Source: Candidatus Spongiihabitans sp. (GTDB lineage: Bacteria > Pseudomonadota > Gammaproteobacteria > Arenicellales > Poriferihabitantaceae). Taken from it: a stretch of 64,000 bases of DNA. Below the pieces are notes generated by a model, which saw nothing but the letters and a program-made list of their open reading frames with translations, ran no database searches and was not told the origin of the DNA. Location: NCBI RefSeq assembly GCF_965237845.1, contig NZ_OZ250154.1, positions 2,391,228 to 2,455,227 of the forward strand, in the 5' to 3' direction. Shown here in pieces: positions 8,691 through 19,498 of this stretch (its first letter is position 1; each line of letters begins with the position of its first letter). The position numbers and the translations under genes were made by a program.

Positions 8691-11035
8691 TTGTCACCGC
8701 CCAGTCTTTCAATTAGTGTTACCACATGAGCCGCAATTGCGGATGAGGCCAAACGTAAAACCTTGTCTTCGTCATAGTCTTCTTGTCTGCCGGAGTTTTC
8801 TTTTTCAGCATCATGGATCAGTTTTTTATACATCGCCAAAGTGAGAATACCAACACCGAATCTAAAACGGTGTCTAATAATCTCCCTTTTATCTTCGTCC
8901 CTTTCTCTTAAAACCAGATACAAAAGATATTTGTTGCCTTGGTTCACATATACTGTCAACTCCTCTCCCACAGAAACATGGCCGCCCGATTCTTCTGTAT
9001 AATTGTAGTTATCCCAATCTTCCATTTTCACCCATACAATGTCAGGAAAATTAAGGGAACGCTCCTTTTTCTTCCTTGTATTGGTTTTATCTCCGCCAGA
9101 ATTTGTGGTTGTTTTCTCTTCATTGGAAATTTTTATTGTTACATCGAAAAGTAAAGGAGTGGTTCTCTCTGGATTAGAATCATTGAAGCCAAACTGAACA
9201 GAAATTTCATCCTTCACTTTGGCATTTTCTGGAGGGCTTACCTTTATGCGAAATTTTCCATTACGCAGAGAACCTGAATTTGGTAGTACATCAGGCATTG
9301 GATGCAAAAATTTGCCCTGGTCGGCTTCTCTTATTAAATAGTCGTTTTGAGCATCCGTCTTACATACAATCCATCTGTAAGAATTGATGGGAATACTTTT
9401 TACGTCACCTTCCTCCAAGTTTGTTGGCTTTAAATATGTTGGAAACATTTTTCCTTCATATTTGTCCTCGCCTCCGGACGTTTGGACCGGCTCAACGACA
9501 ATATCCCCAGCATCAAAAAGCTCTTGAAGGTCGAGATTGTTTTTGACAAGATCGGAAAGGAATTCTTTACTGGATTCTTTCTCTATCTGTTCGCTCTGAC
9601 GACGTTTTTTTATTTCTCGCGCATATTTTCTGAGTTCTCTGTCCTCTCTCAGGGAATCTATAACGATTTCCTTTAATTCTCTCGTCAATTCTATTTGCGC
9701 CATTCTTTCCCTGTCCGGCTTAAACACGGCGGAGCGTGCCGTGTTGTCCATGGCATTACAGTCAATTTGAACAAGTAGATGGTTTCTTAGATCATCAAGT
9801 TGTGCCTTGCGCAATAAACTTGCTCTTTCCTTGGCTTGGGATTGACCGTTGATCGTGTAAAACATTCTGTAAGAGTAGTTGCGCAAATACTCCTTCATTT
9901 TGTCCAAGACAAAATAGGATATGCGAATAGTCCCCAAACTGCTATTTTCGGAATTCTCAGTCACGCCTTCAAAGTCGACTCGGCTTGTTTCGCCTTCTTC
10001 ATCATCAGATTTAAGCACTGTCTTCATACCGGAAAAAGTTCTTGGGGCTATACCTTCCGCCCTAAGGCCAACTTTTGTGGGCTTGGCATCAAAATCATAA
10101 AAACGAAGAGGCAAAGCACAGTCAATCAAACTTGTCGTGAGTGCGTCATACAATCCCAAATCAACATTACGGGAACCGGGGCCTATGTCATATTCATATA
10201 GTTTTACAACGCTGCCGCCATCTTTAACAACACCAATGTCCGCCCTGTCGTTGAAAGCTCTAATCTCATCAGCCTCAAAACAGGCAATTTCCCCATTGGG
10301 ACAGAAATACTCAACTACGGGCAGATCCTCCCCCTTGTGCGGACTCCGTACTCTTATTAGAGTCCATCCCCATAGGCCATCCGAATCGTCCAGGTTTCTC
10401 TTCGAGAGAATGAGTTTGTACATTCCACTCCTGATTTCCGCTCGGGTACAAAAAGTTATGGACCCGGTACTACCCATATTAAAACGCCCCTGAACAAATG
10501 GAATGCCGTCCTTGTTCTTCTCTCCGAGAGACAGAAAAGTCTTTTCAAAGTCTCCGTGATTTTGACCTTCACCAAAATCAACTATCGTGTAATTTGGGCA
10601 AGTGTCCCTTTTGGCTTTTCTTTGAATGCCTATCAAAACACTCTTTTCGGCCAATTTTGTCCTTTGCCCTTGACTTAACAGTGTTAATTTTCCTTCTTGA
10701 ACTTCGGGGAAAAAGAGCTTAACCGCTTCGCTCATGCTTTGGGGAACCGCTTCGCTCTCCAAATCCAGCCTCTTCTCCTTCGCCTTCCGCATGAGGATTG
10801 CGTCAATAGAATTAATAATCAGTTCCGCCAACGCACCGACAGGCTCGCTTGTTTGGACACCTACCCTGTCCCAATTCTTTTCAGCACCGCCGTAGGGTTT
10901 CCAATTCTTGTCATCGCTAAACTCGGATCGGCTTTTCAGAATTTCATTGACTTGTTCAGTGGAAAGCGCACGCAGGAAACCCTCCGCCGTTAACTTGGAA
11001 ATTTGGCTATTGGAAAACTTACCTGAATTAGTCAT
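8687..11035 (-). CDS. Large (782 aa) GHKL-like ATPase with about 500 aa of unrecognised C-terminal sequence
   Basis: N-box ALAELIINSIDA, G1 box IVDFGEGQ and G2 box GRFNMGSTGSITF. The rest has no motif I can name. Its stop overlaps the dcm start (ATGA, 8687-8690). Confidence 0.6.
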   Translation of the reverse strand: MTNSGKFSNSQISKLTAEGFLRALSTEQVNEILKSRSEFSDDKNWKPYGGAEKNWDRVGVQTSEPVGALAELIINSIDAILMRKAKEKRLDLESEAVPQSMSEAVKLFFPEVQEGKLTLLSQGQRTKLAEKSVLIGIQRKAKRDTCPNYTIVDFGEGQNHGDFEKTFLSLGEKNKDGIPFVQGRFNMGSTGSITFCTRAEIRSGMYKLILSKRNLDDSDGLWGWTLIRVRSPHKGEDLPVVEYFCPNGEIACFEADEIRAFNDRADIGVVKDGGSVVKLYEYDIGPGSRNVDLGLYDALTTSLIDCALPLRFYDFDAKPTKVGLRAEGIAPRTFSGMKTVLKSDDEEGETSRVDFEGVTENSENSSLGTIRISYFVLDKMKEYLRNYSYRMFYTINGQSQAKERASLLRKAQLDDLRNHLLVQIDCNAMDNTARSAVFKPDRERMAQIELTRELKEIVIDSLREDRELRKYAREIKKRRQSEQIEKESSKEFLSDLVKNNLDLQELFDAGDIVVEPVQTSGGEDKYEGKMFPTYLKPTNLEEGDVKSIPINSYRWIVCKTDAQNDYLIREADQGKFLHPMPDVLPNSGSLRNGKFRIKVSPPENAKVKDEISVQFGFNDSNPERTTPLLFDVTIKISNEEKTTTNSGGDKTNTRKKKERSLNFPDIVWVKMEDWDNYNYTEESGGHVSVGEELTVYVNQGNKYLLYLVLRERDEDKREIIRHRFRFGVGILTLAMYKKLIHDAEKENSGRQEDYDEDKVLRLASSAIAAHVVTLIERLGGDK

Positions 11036-11094
11036 TGATAAATTTCCATAATGCTTTTAACCCTCACGTAAGGACGATACTATACGCTAAATTC

Positions 11095-11515
<421 letters not shown>

Positions 11516-11526
11516 AATAAAATCAA

Positions 11527-12834
<1,308 letters not shown>

Positions 12835-13155
12835 TCAATCCCAACGGTCGTCTTTAACCTGCACAACCCCGTTGACAACTTGTAGCGGAAATGTATCAAT
12901 CGGTTCATATGCAGGGGGTGCAGCAACTTCTCCGGTTTTAATATTAAATTGCGCGCCATGCCGCGGGCATTCAATATTCTCCCCAATCACACAACCGCTG
13001 GCAATTTCACTGCCATCGTGGGTACATACATCTTCAAGCGCGTAAAACTCGCCATCAAGGTTGAAAATGACAATCATTGCATCGTCCACTTCAACGACAA
13101 CGTGTTTTCCGGGTTTTAATTTATCCGCCTTGACGGCGTTAATCCATTCACTCAT
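12835..13155 (-). CDS. Rieske (2Fe-2S) ferredoxin-like protein
   Basis: CTHDGSEIASG...CPRHGAQFNIKTGEV Rieske motifs. Its stop directly abuts the murA start codon. Confidence 0.8.
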   Translation of the reverse strand: MSEWINAVKADKLKPGKHVVVEVDDAMIVIFNLDGEFYALEDVCTHDGSEIASGCVIGENIECPRHGAQFNIKTGEVAAPPAYEPIDTFPLQVVNGVVQVKDDRWD

Positions 13156-13173
13156 TTTGGCACTATATCAGGA

Positions 13174-13632
13174 CTATATCAGGCCCAATTCCAAACGCGC
13201 CGCCTCGCTGATCAATGCCGGGGTCCAGGGCGGGTCCCACACTAATTCCACGGCAGCGCCTTTAATCCCCGGAACCAAGGCCACGGTTCGTTCAACCATG
13301 CCGGGAAAGGTCGCCGCCACCGGACAACCCGGCGCGGTAAGGGTCATATCAATATCCGCAAAGGCATCGTTAATATCCACTTTATAAATCAACCCGAGGT
13401 CATAAATATTCACCGGAATCTCAGGATCGTAAACCGTTTTCAATGCCTCGACTACGCGCTCCGCTAACTCATTTTCGGTTGCTGCGGGTAAATCGTCTGT
13501 ATCGACTGGCGTATCAGTCGGTTGGCCACTCGGTTGGCTACTCGGTTGGACTGGGCCATTATCTGCATTAAACTGTTGCATGATTTCGGTTTTCCTCTTT
13601 TCAAGTTGCGGATCAAAATTTACTCGTTTCAT
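13174..13632 (-). CDS. sufT: DUF59/SufT-like Fe-S assembly protein with a Pro/Gln/Ser-rich N-terminal extension
   Basis: VVEALKTVYDPEIPVNIYDLGLIY...TLTAPGCPVA...VWDPPWTP. Confidence 0.75.
   Translation of the reverse strand: MKRVNFDPQLEKRKTEIMQQFNADNGPVQPSSQPSGQPTDTPVDTDDLPAATENELAERVVEALKTVYDPEIPVNIYDLGLIYKVDINDAFADIDMTLTAPGCPVAATFPGMVERTVALVPGIKGAAVELVWDPPWTPALISEAARLELGLI
13518..13553. repeat. 12-bp tandem repeat x3 (tcggttggccac / tcggttggctac / tcggttggactg)
   Basis: Read directly from the sequence. It encodes QPSSQPSGQPT in the sufT-like gene. Confidence 0.9.
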
Positions 13633-13655
13633 GGCTTAATAATTTGTTCAAATAA

Positions 13656-14975
13656 TTAAATTTCGTGAATTAACTGACTGGCCAGGGTTTTTTCTAAAAC
13701 ATCTCGCAAAGGCTCAATATCAATCTGATTCAATACTTCGTTGACAAAAGCATAGGTTAATAATGTACGCGCATCGGCTTCATCGATTCCGCGCGTCCGC
13801 AAATAGAACATTGAATCCTCATTGAGTTGCCCAATTGTTGCGCCATGAGAACATTTAACGTCATCGGCGTAAATTTCAAGCTGGGGTTTGGTGTCGATTT
13901 CCGCATCCCGGGACAACAGCAAGGTATTGTTAGCTTGATGCGCATCGGTTTTTTGAGCGCCCGAGGCCACTTTTATGCGCCCGTGAAATACCGCTCTGGA
14001 GCGTTGCTCCAGCACCCCTTTGTAAAGCTCATTGCTGGTGCAGTTTTCTGCCTGATGAACCATTGTAGTATGGTTGTCAACATGCTGCTTGCCTGACAAA
14101 CTATATACTCCCAGCATGTCACAATGCGCCCCCGGGCCATTCAAATCAACTCGCAAATCGTTTCTTACCAAGCCGCCGCCCAAGGTAATTGTTCGACAAC
14201 TAAATCGACTGCCTTCTGCCTGTTTTACCCACACGCCACACACCTGATAAGCAGATGAGGATTGCGTTTGAATAATATAATAATCAATTTCAGCTCGCTG
14301 TTCGACAATAATTTCTGTTGTACTATTGCTCAGAGTATGTGCAGTGCTATTCGAAATGTAGCGATCAATAAACTGCGCCCTGCTGTTCTTACCCGCAATA
14401 ATCAGATTTCTCGGTTGAGAAATTGCCATTTCAGTTTGGCTCAGGAATATCAGCTCAATTGGCTTTTCTATTTGGACGTCTGGTTCAATTTTGATTACCA
14501 CACCGTCTTCATTCAAGGCGCCATTCAAGGCGGTAAATCCGTGGCTGTTGTTTTTTACAACGCTGCCAAAATATTTCTCCACTAAGCCGGGGGTATTGGT
14601 TAGAACTTCGGATAGTGACCGGACAGTAATGTCGCCCTTATTCAGGTCCAGCGTTGATTGCTTTTGATCCAAATGACCATCGACAAATACAATTTGATAA
14701 CTATCGAGTGCAGGGATTTTGAACCGGGTTAGATCAACGTTGCGGTGCGGCGTGGTAACCACATTGAAGTTTTTACTGGTAATCAATCGCAACGGCGTAT
14801 AGCGCCAATCTTCGTCGCGCTGAGTTGGAAATCCGATTTTGCTGAATCGCGCCAGATATTTTTTACGCTGGTCATCAAACCAGGCAACATCAATCCCCGG
14901 CAAACCTTTGTTAAGTCGCGCAAATTGGTCGATGTAATGCGCGGTGTCGGCTGCGACAAATGTATCAGGCTGCAT
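13656..14975 (-). CDS. sufD: Fe-S cluster assembly protein SufD
   Basis: SufD-like C-terminal beta-helix region (LLLSRDAEIDTKPQLEIYADDVKCSHGATIGQL). The start is moved to the MQPDTF ATG at 14975, which overlaps the sufC stop by 11 nt. The track's 15068 start runs into sufC. Confidence 0.85.
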   Translation of the reverse strand: MQPDTFVAADTAHYIDQFARLNKGLPGIDVAWFDDQRKKYLARFSKIGFPTQRDEDWRYTPLRLITSKNFNVVTTPHRNVDLTRFKIPALDSYQIVFVDGHLDQKQSTLDLNKGDITVRSLSEVLTNTPGLVEKYFGSVVKNNSHGFTALNGALNEDGVVIKIEPDVQIEKPIELIFLSQTEMAISQPRNLIIAGKNSRAQFIDRYISNSTAHTLSNSTTEIIVEQRAEIDYYIIQTQSSSAYQVCGVWVKQAEGSRFSCRTITLGGGLVRNDLRVDLNGPGAHCDMLGVYSLSGKQHVDNHTTMVHQAENCTSNELYKGVLEQRSRAVFHGRIKVASGAQKTDAHQANNTLLLSRDAEIDTKPQLEIYADDVKCSHGATIGQLNEDSMFYLRTRGIDEADARTLLTYAFVNEVLNQIDIEPLRDVLEKTLASQLIHEI

Positions 14976-15711
14976 CTTCAATCCAACTATAACCTTTATT
15001 TTCCAACTCCAATGCCAACGATTTATCGCCAGAACGAATAATTCTTCCTTCTGCAAGCACATGCACAAAATCAGGCACTATGTAGTCGAGCAAGCGTTGA
15101 TAGTGGGTCACCACAATCATGGCGCGATCCTTATTTCTCAATGTATTGATGCCATGCGCCACAATTTTCAACGCATCAATATCCAGCCCGGAATCGGTTT
15201 CATCGAGAACGCTTAAATAAGGTTCCAACAACGCCATTTGCAGAATCTCATTGCGTTTTTTCTCGCCGCCGGAAAAGCCTTCATTGATCGAGCGATATAA
15301 AAACGCCTCGTTCATTTCCACCAGCGCCGCCTTTTCCTTGATCAGTTTAAGAAACTCAACGGCGTTCAACTCCTCATCGCCGCGATGCTTGCGAATGGCG
15401 TTGATGGATGCCTTGAGTAAGTACAGATTCGTAACCCCCGGAATCTCGACCGGATACTGAAAGGCCAGAAAAAGCCCTTCCCGGGCGCGGATTTCCGGCT
15501 CCATTTCGAGCAAATCCCAACCCTTATAGGCAACCGACCCGGCGGTGATTTCGTAGTTATCGCGTCCCGCCAGCACGTTGGCCAAGGTGCTTTTGCCGGA
15601 GCCGTTGGGGCCCATAATCGCATGCACTTCGCCGGCCGCAACCTCCAGACTGATGCCGTTAAGTATGGCCTTGCCGTCCACGCTGGCGTGGAGTTTTTTA
15701 ACTGTAAGCAT
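14965..15711 (-). CDS. sufC: Fe-S cluster assembly ATPase SufC
   Basis: Walker A GPNGSGKST, signature FSGGEKKR and Walker B LSVLDETDSGLD. Confidence 0.95.
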   Translation of the reverse strand: MLTVKKLHASVDGKAILNGISLEVAAGEVHAIMGPNGSGKSTLANVLAGRDNYEITAGSVAYKGWDLLEMEPEIRAREGLFLAFQYPVEIPGVTNLYLLKASINAIRKHRGDEELNAVEFLKLIKEKAALVEMNEAFLYRSINEGFSGGEKKRNEILQMALLEPYLSVLDETDSGLDIDALKIVAHGINTLRNKDRAMIVVTHYQRLLDYIVPDFVHVLAEGRIIRSGDKSLALELENKGYSWIEDAA

Positions 15712-15772
15712 TTATATGACTCAGATTTGATTAAATTATTAAAAGACTTATCATTTTTCAGGGACGACGAGA

Positions 15773-17008
15773 CTAATACATTGGCGTTAAGTTTTTCTGA
15801 ATTCGCATTCTGTATTGCAGATATTCCATTGGCCTGTCGCCTTTTATGCTGTTGCAATTGCCACAAAGCAATTGGAAATTTTCCATGTAATCGCCACCGC
15901 CCTTTGACTTGGGGACAATGTGGTCAAGGTGGAAATTCGGTAAGTCAAACTCTTTTTTACAGCCGTTACATACACCTTCCTGCTCGTCGAAAAGAATCTT
16001 TTTAATTTGCGGTTTTTTCAGTTTGGTTTTGACAATATCGGTTCGCATCGGCGGCTTGTCGGTGGCCAAAAAATCTGTAAATACTTCCTTCTTAACATCA
16101 TCCGATTTCAGCAATCCCTGCGCGGTGGCATCCGTTAATCTATCCCGCACTAAATCCACCGCAACATCGCTCACATCAATGCCAATCCAATTGCGTTGCA
16201 ATCGATGCGCGGCGACGCAGGTGGTCGCACAACCGCAGAATGGATCCAACACCAAGTCGCCTTCGTTGCTGCTGGCTTTGATGATGCGGTCCAACAACGC
16301 CAGCGGTTTTTGCGTGGGGTAGCCGGTGACTTCCGGTTGATTGCCCCTTAATGCGGGTATGTCCCAAATGTCTCTGCAATGCACGTAGCGATAAGTTCCG
16401 CCATCGTCGGAAAGAATCTCGATGTTTTTAAATCCATATTTATGCGATAAATACGATTTTTCTTTTTGCAAATTAAATACATACTCTCTCCCCTTGGAGT
16501 AAAAGAAAACAACATCGTGTTTTCGCGAGAAATGTCGTTTACTCACCCCGCCCGTTTTATACGCCCAAGCAATTTCATTTCGAAAATTATGCTTGCCAAA
16601 AACTTCATCCAACATAATTTTCAGGTAATGGCCGGCAGTCGGGTCGCAATGCAAATATAAACTGCCTGTTTCTTTCAGCACCCGATGCATTTCAATCATC
16701 CGCTGTGCCATGAAGGTCAAATACGCCTTCATGGGCAAGCCGTGTATTTCTCCGGCGCTGCCAATAAACCTAAAGAGCCGGGGATATTTATCAAGGAACG
16801 CTTCCAAGCGTATGTCAATATCCTCGCTCCAAACCCAAATATCATCGAAACCAGCCTCTTTTTTGCCGGCTGGCGTGCCAATCGGGACGCGATAAATCCG
16901 CTTGGAATTAAACGGCGGGTCAAGGTAAATCAAATCCACCGTGCGACTATTCATACCCATAAGGACGGAAAGATTGTCGCCGACATATATTTTATTTTGG
17001 CTTTGCAT
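15773..17008 (-). CDS. Beta-class N6A/N4C DNA methyltransferase fused to a C-terminal HNH endonuclease domain
   Basis: Motif IV DLIYLDPPFN lies upstream of motif I VLDPFCGCATT, which is the beta-class order. The C-terminus reads CNGC...HLDHIVPKSKGGGDYMENFQLLCGNCNSIKGDR (HNH). The start is set at the MQSQNKIYVGDN ATG (17008), 19 nt after the sufB stop. The track's 17125 start overlaps sufB. Confidence 0.85.
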   Translation of the reverse strand: MQSQNKIYVGDNLSVLMGMNSRTVDLIYLDPPFNSKRIYRVPIGTPAGKKEAGFDDIWVWSEDIDIRLEAFLDKYPRLFRFIGSAGEIHGLPMKAYLTFMAQRMIEMHRVLKETGSLYLHCDPTAGHYLKIMLDEVFGKHNFRNEIAWAYKTGGVSKRHFSRKHDVVFFYSKGREYVFNLQKEKSYLSHKYGFKNIEILSDDGGTYRYVHCRDIWDIPALRGNQPEVTGYPTQKPLALLDRIIKASSNEGDLVLDPFCGCATTCVAAHRLQRNWIGIDVSDVAVDLVRDRLTDATAQGLLKSDDVKKEVFTDFLATDKPPMRTDIVKTKLKKPQIKKILFDEQEGVCNGCKKEFDLPNFHLDHIVPKSKGGGDYMENFQLLCGNCNSIKGDRPMEYLQYRMRIQKNLTPMY

Positions 17009-17027
17009 CGTGGTTCTTCCGGCAACG

Positions 17028-18479
17028 CTATCCAACCGACCCTTCCAAACTAATCCCCAACAGTTTCTGCGCTTCAACCGCAAACTCCATGGGCAATTCC
17101 CTGAAAACGTCCTTGCAGAATCCATTCACGATCATGGAGATGGCATCTTCTTCCGACAGGCCACGTTGACGGCAGTAAAATAATTGGTCTTCGCCGATGC
17201 GCGAGGTGGTGGCTTCGTGCTCAACCACTGCGGTTGGATTTTTAACCTCCATATAAGGAAAAGTATGGGCTCCGCATTTATCGCCCATCAACAATGAATC
17301 GCACTGCGAATAATTACGCGCATTTTCCGCGCCCTTAACCACCTTGACTAATCCGCGATAAGAATTTTGTCCATGACCGGCGGAAATGCCTTTTGAAATA
17401 ATCGTGCTTTTTGCGTTCTTGCCGATATGCACCATCTTGGTGCCGGTATCCGCTTGCTGATAATTATTGGTCAGCGCCACCGAATAAAATTCGCCGATGG
17501 AGTTGTCCCCTTCGAGCAATACGCTGGGGTATTTCCAGGTGATCGCCGAGCCGGTTTCCACTTGAGTCCATGAAATTTTGGCGTTTTCCCCACGGCATGC
17601 GCCACGTTTGGTCACAAAGTTATAAATACCGCCCTTGCCGTTTTCATCCCCCGGATACCAGTTCTGTATGGTGGAGTATTTGATCTCGGCGCCGTTCAAG
17701 GCGATTAGCTCCACCACCGCCGCATGTAATTGATTTTCATCTCGTTGCGGCGCTGTGCAGCCTTCAAGATAACTCACATAACTATCTTCATCGGCGATGA
17801 TCAGGGTTCGTTCAAACTGCCCGGTATTCATCGCATTGATTCGAAAGTAGGTTGACAATTCCATTGGGCAACGAACGCCCTTTGGTATATAAACAAATGA
17901 GCCTTCGCTGAATACTGCGGAATTTAGCGCGGCATAATAGTTATCGCCCGATGGCACCACAGAACCGAGATATTGCTTCACCAATTCAGGATAATCTTTC
18001 AGGGCTTCCGATAACGGACAAAAAATAACCCCTGACTCGGACAGAGTCTTTTTAAATGTTGTGACTACCGACACACTATCAAATACCGCATCCACCGCAA
18101 CCTTGACCCCGGCCAGCATTTTTTGTTCGTCGAGGGGAATACCCAGCTTTTCGTAGGTCTCGAGCAGCTTCGGATCGACTTCATCCAGGCTGTCCAGCAG
18201 CTGTTTCTGCTTGGGCGCGGAATAATAGCTAATTTCCTGAAATTCCACGGGCGGGTAATTCAAATGCGGCCACTCTGGAGATTCCATTTCAAGCCAATGC
18301 CGATAGGCGCCTAACCGCCATTCCAGCAAAAATTCCGGCTCCTCTTTTTTGGCGGAGATAATACGAATTACATCTTCGTTTAGCCCGGGAGGCAGCGTAT
18401 CCGCATCAATATCGGTAATAAAGCCTTCTTTATAGTCTCGCTGAACTAAAGAAGCGATTTCTTGTTCTGTACTGGTCAT
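17028..18479 (-). CDS. sufB: Fe-S cluster assembly scaffold SufB
   Basis: 483 aa with highly conserved SufB blocks ([57 protein letters not shown]). Confidence 0.95.
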   Translation of the reverse strand: MTSTEQEIASLVQRDYKEGFITDIDADTLPPGLNEDVIRIISAKKEEPEFLLEWRLGAYRHWLEMESPEWPHLNYPPVEFQEISYYSAPKQKQLLDSLDEVDPKLLETYEKLGIPLDEQKMLAGVKVAVDAVFDSVSVVTTFKKTLSESGVIFCPLSEALKDYPELVKQYLGSVVPSGDNYYAALNSAVFSEGSFVYIPKGVRCPMELSTYFRINAMNTGQFERTLIIADEDSYVSYLEGCTAPQRDENQLHAAVVELIALNGAEIKYSTIQNWYPGDENGKGGIYNFVTKRGACRGENAKISWTQVETGSAITWKYPSVLLEGDNSIGEFYSVALTNNYQQADTGTKMVHIGKNAKSTIISKGISAGHGQNSYRGLVKVVKGAENARNYSQCDSLLMGDKCGAHTFPYMEVKNPTAVVEHEATTSRIGEDQLFYCRQRGLSEEDAISMIVNGFCKDVFRELPMEFAVEAQKLLGISLEGSVG

Positions 18480-18517
18480 TTAATTATTCCACGTATTTAA
18501 AATGATTCTTGTTTAAT

Positions 18518-19009
18518 TTATGAAGAGATTACGTTGGTCGAACTTTCCAAAATTGGCAAATTCACGAACTGTGAATTGCTGGATTCATCAGTGCGCTGTT
18601 GACCGACCCCGCTTTGTCGCATCAACTGGCCCAATCGTATGCCTGCCAAAAACCTATATAATTGATCGCTCAATTCACTCCACAAATCGTGCGACAGGCA
18701 GCGCTTGCCATCGTGGCAGTTTTGTGCACCGTCGCATTGGGTGATGTCGAGCGGCTCGTCCACCGCAACCACAATATCGGCCATGCTGATTTGATCAACA
18801 TCTTTTGCAAGAACATATCCACCCCCCGGTCCACGCGTGCCAGTCACCAAATCAGATTTCCGCATTTTAGAAAACAGCTGTTCGAGATAGGACAGTGAAA
18901 TCCCTTGATTATCCGATATACTTTTCAACGTAACTGGCCCATTGCGCTGGTTAATTGCCAAATCAATCATTGCAGTAACGGCATATCGGCCTTTGGTTGT
19001 CAGATGCAT
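18518..19009 (-). CDS. iscR: Rrf2-family Fe-S regulator, IscR-like
   Basis: MHLTTKGRYAVTAMIDLA wHTH N-terminus. C-x5-C-x5-C-x2-H ligand spacing (QCDGAQNCHDGKRCLSH). Confidence 0.85.
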   Translation of the reverse strand: MHLTTKGRYAVTAMIDLAINQRNGPVTLKSISDNQGISLSYLEQLFSKMRKSDLVTGTRGPGGGYVLAKDVDQISMADIVVAVDEPLDITQCDGAQNCHDGKRCLSHDLWSELSDQLYRFLAGIRLGQLMRQSGVGQQRTDESSNSQFVNLPILESSTNVISS

Positions 19010-19129
19010 CGAAAATTATCGGTCGGAGCGCATCGGGCAGCAAATTTACAGGGTCTCATCTACAGGGGCTCATCATGGAAAAACAGGAGTATAAACTAAA
19101 ACCAAGTAATTTAGTAGGTTTTTATGATA

Positions 19130-19302
19130 GCCTAAGGGGCAGACGGTCTCTTGCCGCTTGTGGCATAGTCGCCCAGTGGAGTTAATCCGCAGCACCAACC
19201 GCGAGTTGTCATGACCCATGATTTAATATTGCTACATAATGATAAAGACTTTAGCAAAATAGCAAGCGTTAAATCAGAACTCAAACAACAAGCGGCGCAA
19301 TA
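19130..19302 (+). pseudogene. PIN-domain (VapC-like) toxin C-terminal remnant
   Basis: ...VMTHDLILLHNDKDFSKIASVKSEL ends at TAG 19300-19302. An upstream piece, VELIRSTNREL, is in another frame. There is no intact N-terminus or antitoxin. Confidence 0.35.
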
Positions 19303-19498
19303 GAACTTAACCACGCGAATTTAATCCAGCACTCAAACGCACATTAAGCGCATTAGCGCCAAAAGCCTTAAAACTCAAGACCTCAGGGTTTCATCCGCAG
19401 GCGGTTTTGTAACTACCTATAAAACTGAATTTGAATATATTTTCTACTAAAAAATTAACGATATTTTCTTACAAGTTATTTGAATACTTAGTAAATTA

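Noticed and set aside
14976-15068. N-terminal extensions in the ORF track for sufD, the MTase-HNH gene (to 17125), murC (to 38356), ftsW (to 40708), murE (to 46457), rsmH (to 49687), mraZ (to 50082), murB (to 36924) and coaE (from 24520).
   Set aside because: The extensions run into the preceding gene and lack homology. Internal ATGs placed just after or overlapping the upstream stop give N-termini that match family consensus. Exact starts remain uncertain.
15366-15866. 166-aa minus-strand ORF spanning the sufC 5' region and the end of the methyltransferase-HNH gene.
   Set aside because: It is out of frame with both real genes and overlaps them. It has no motifs.
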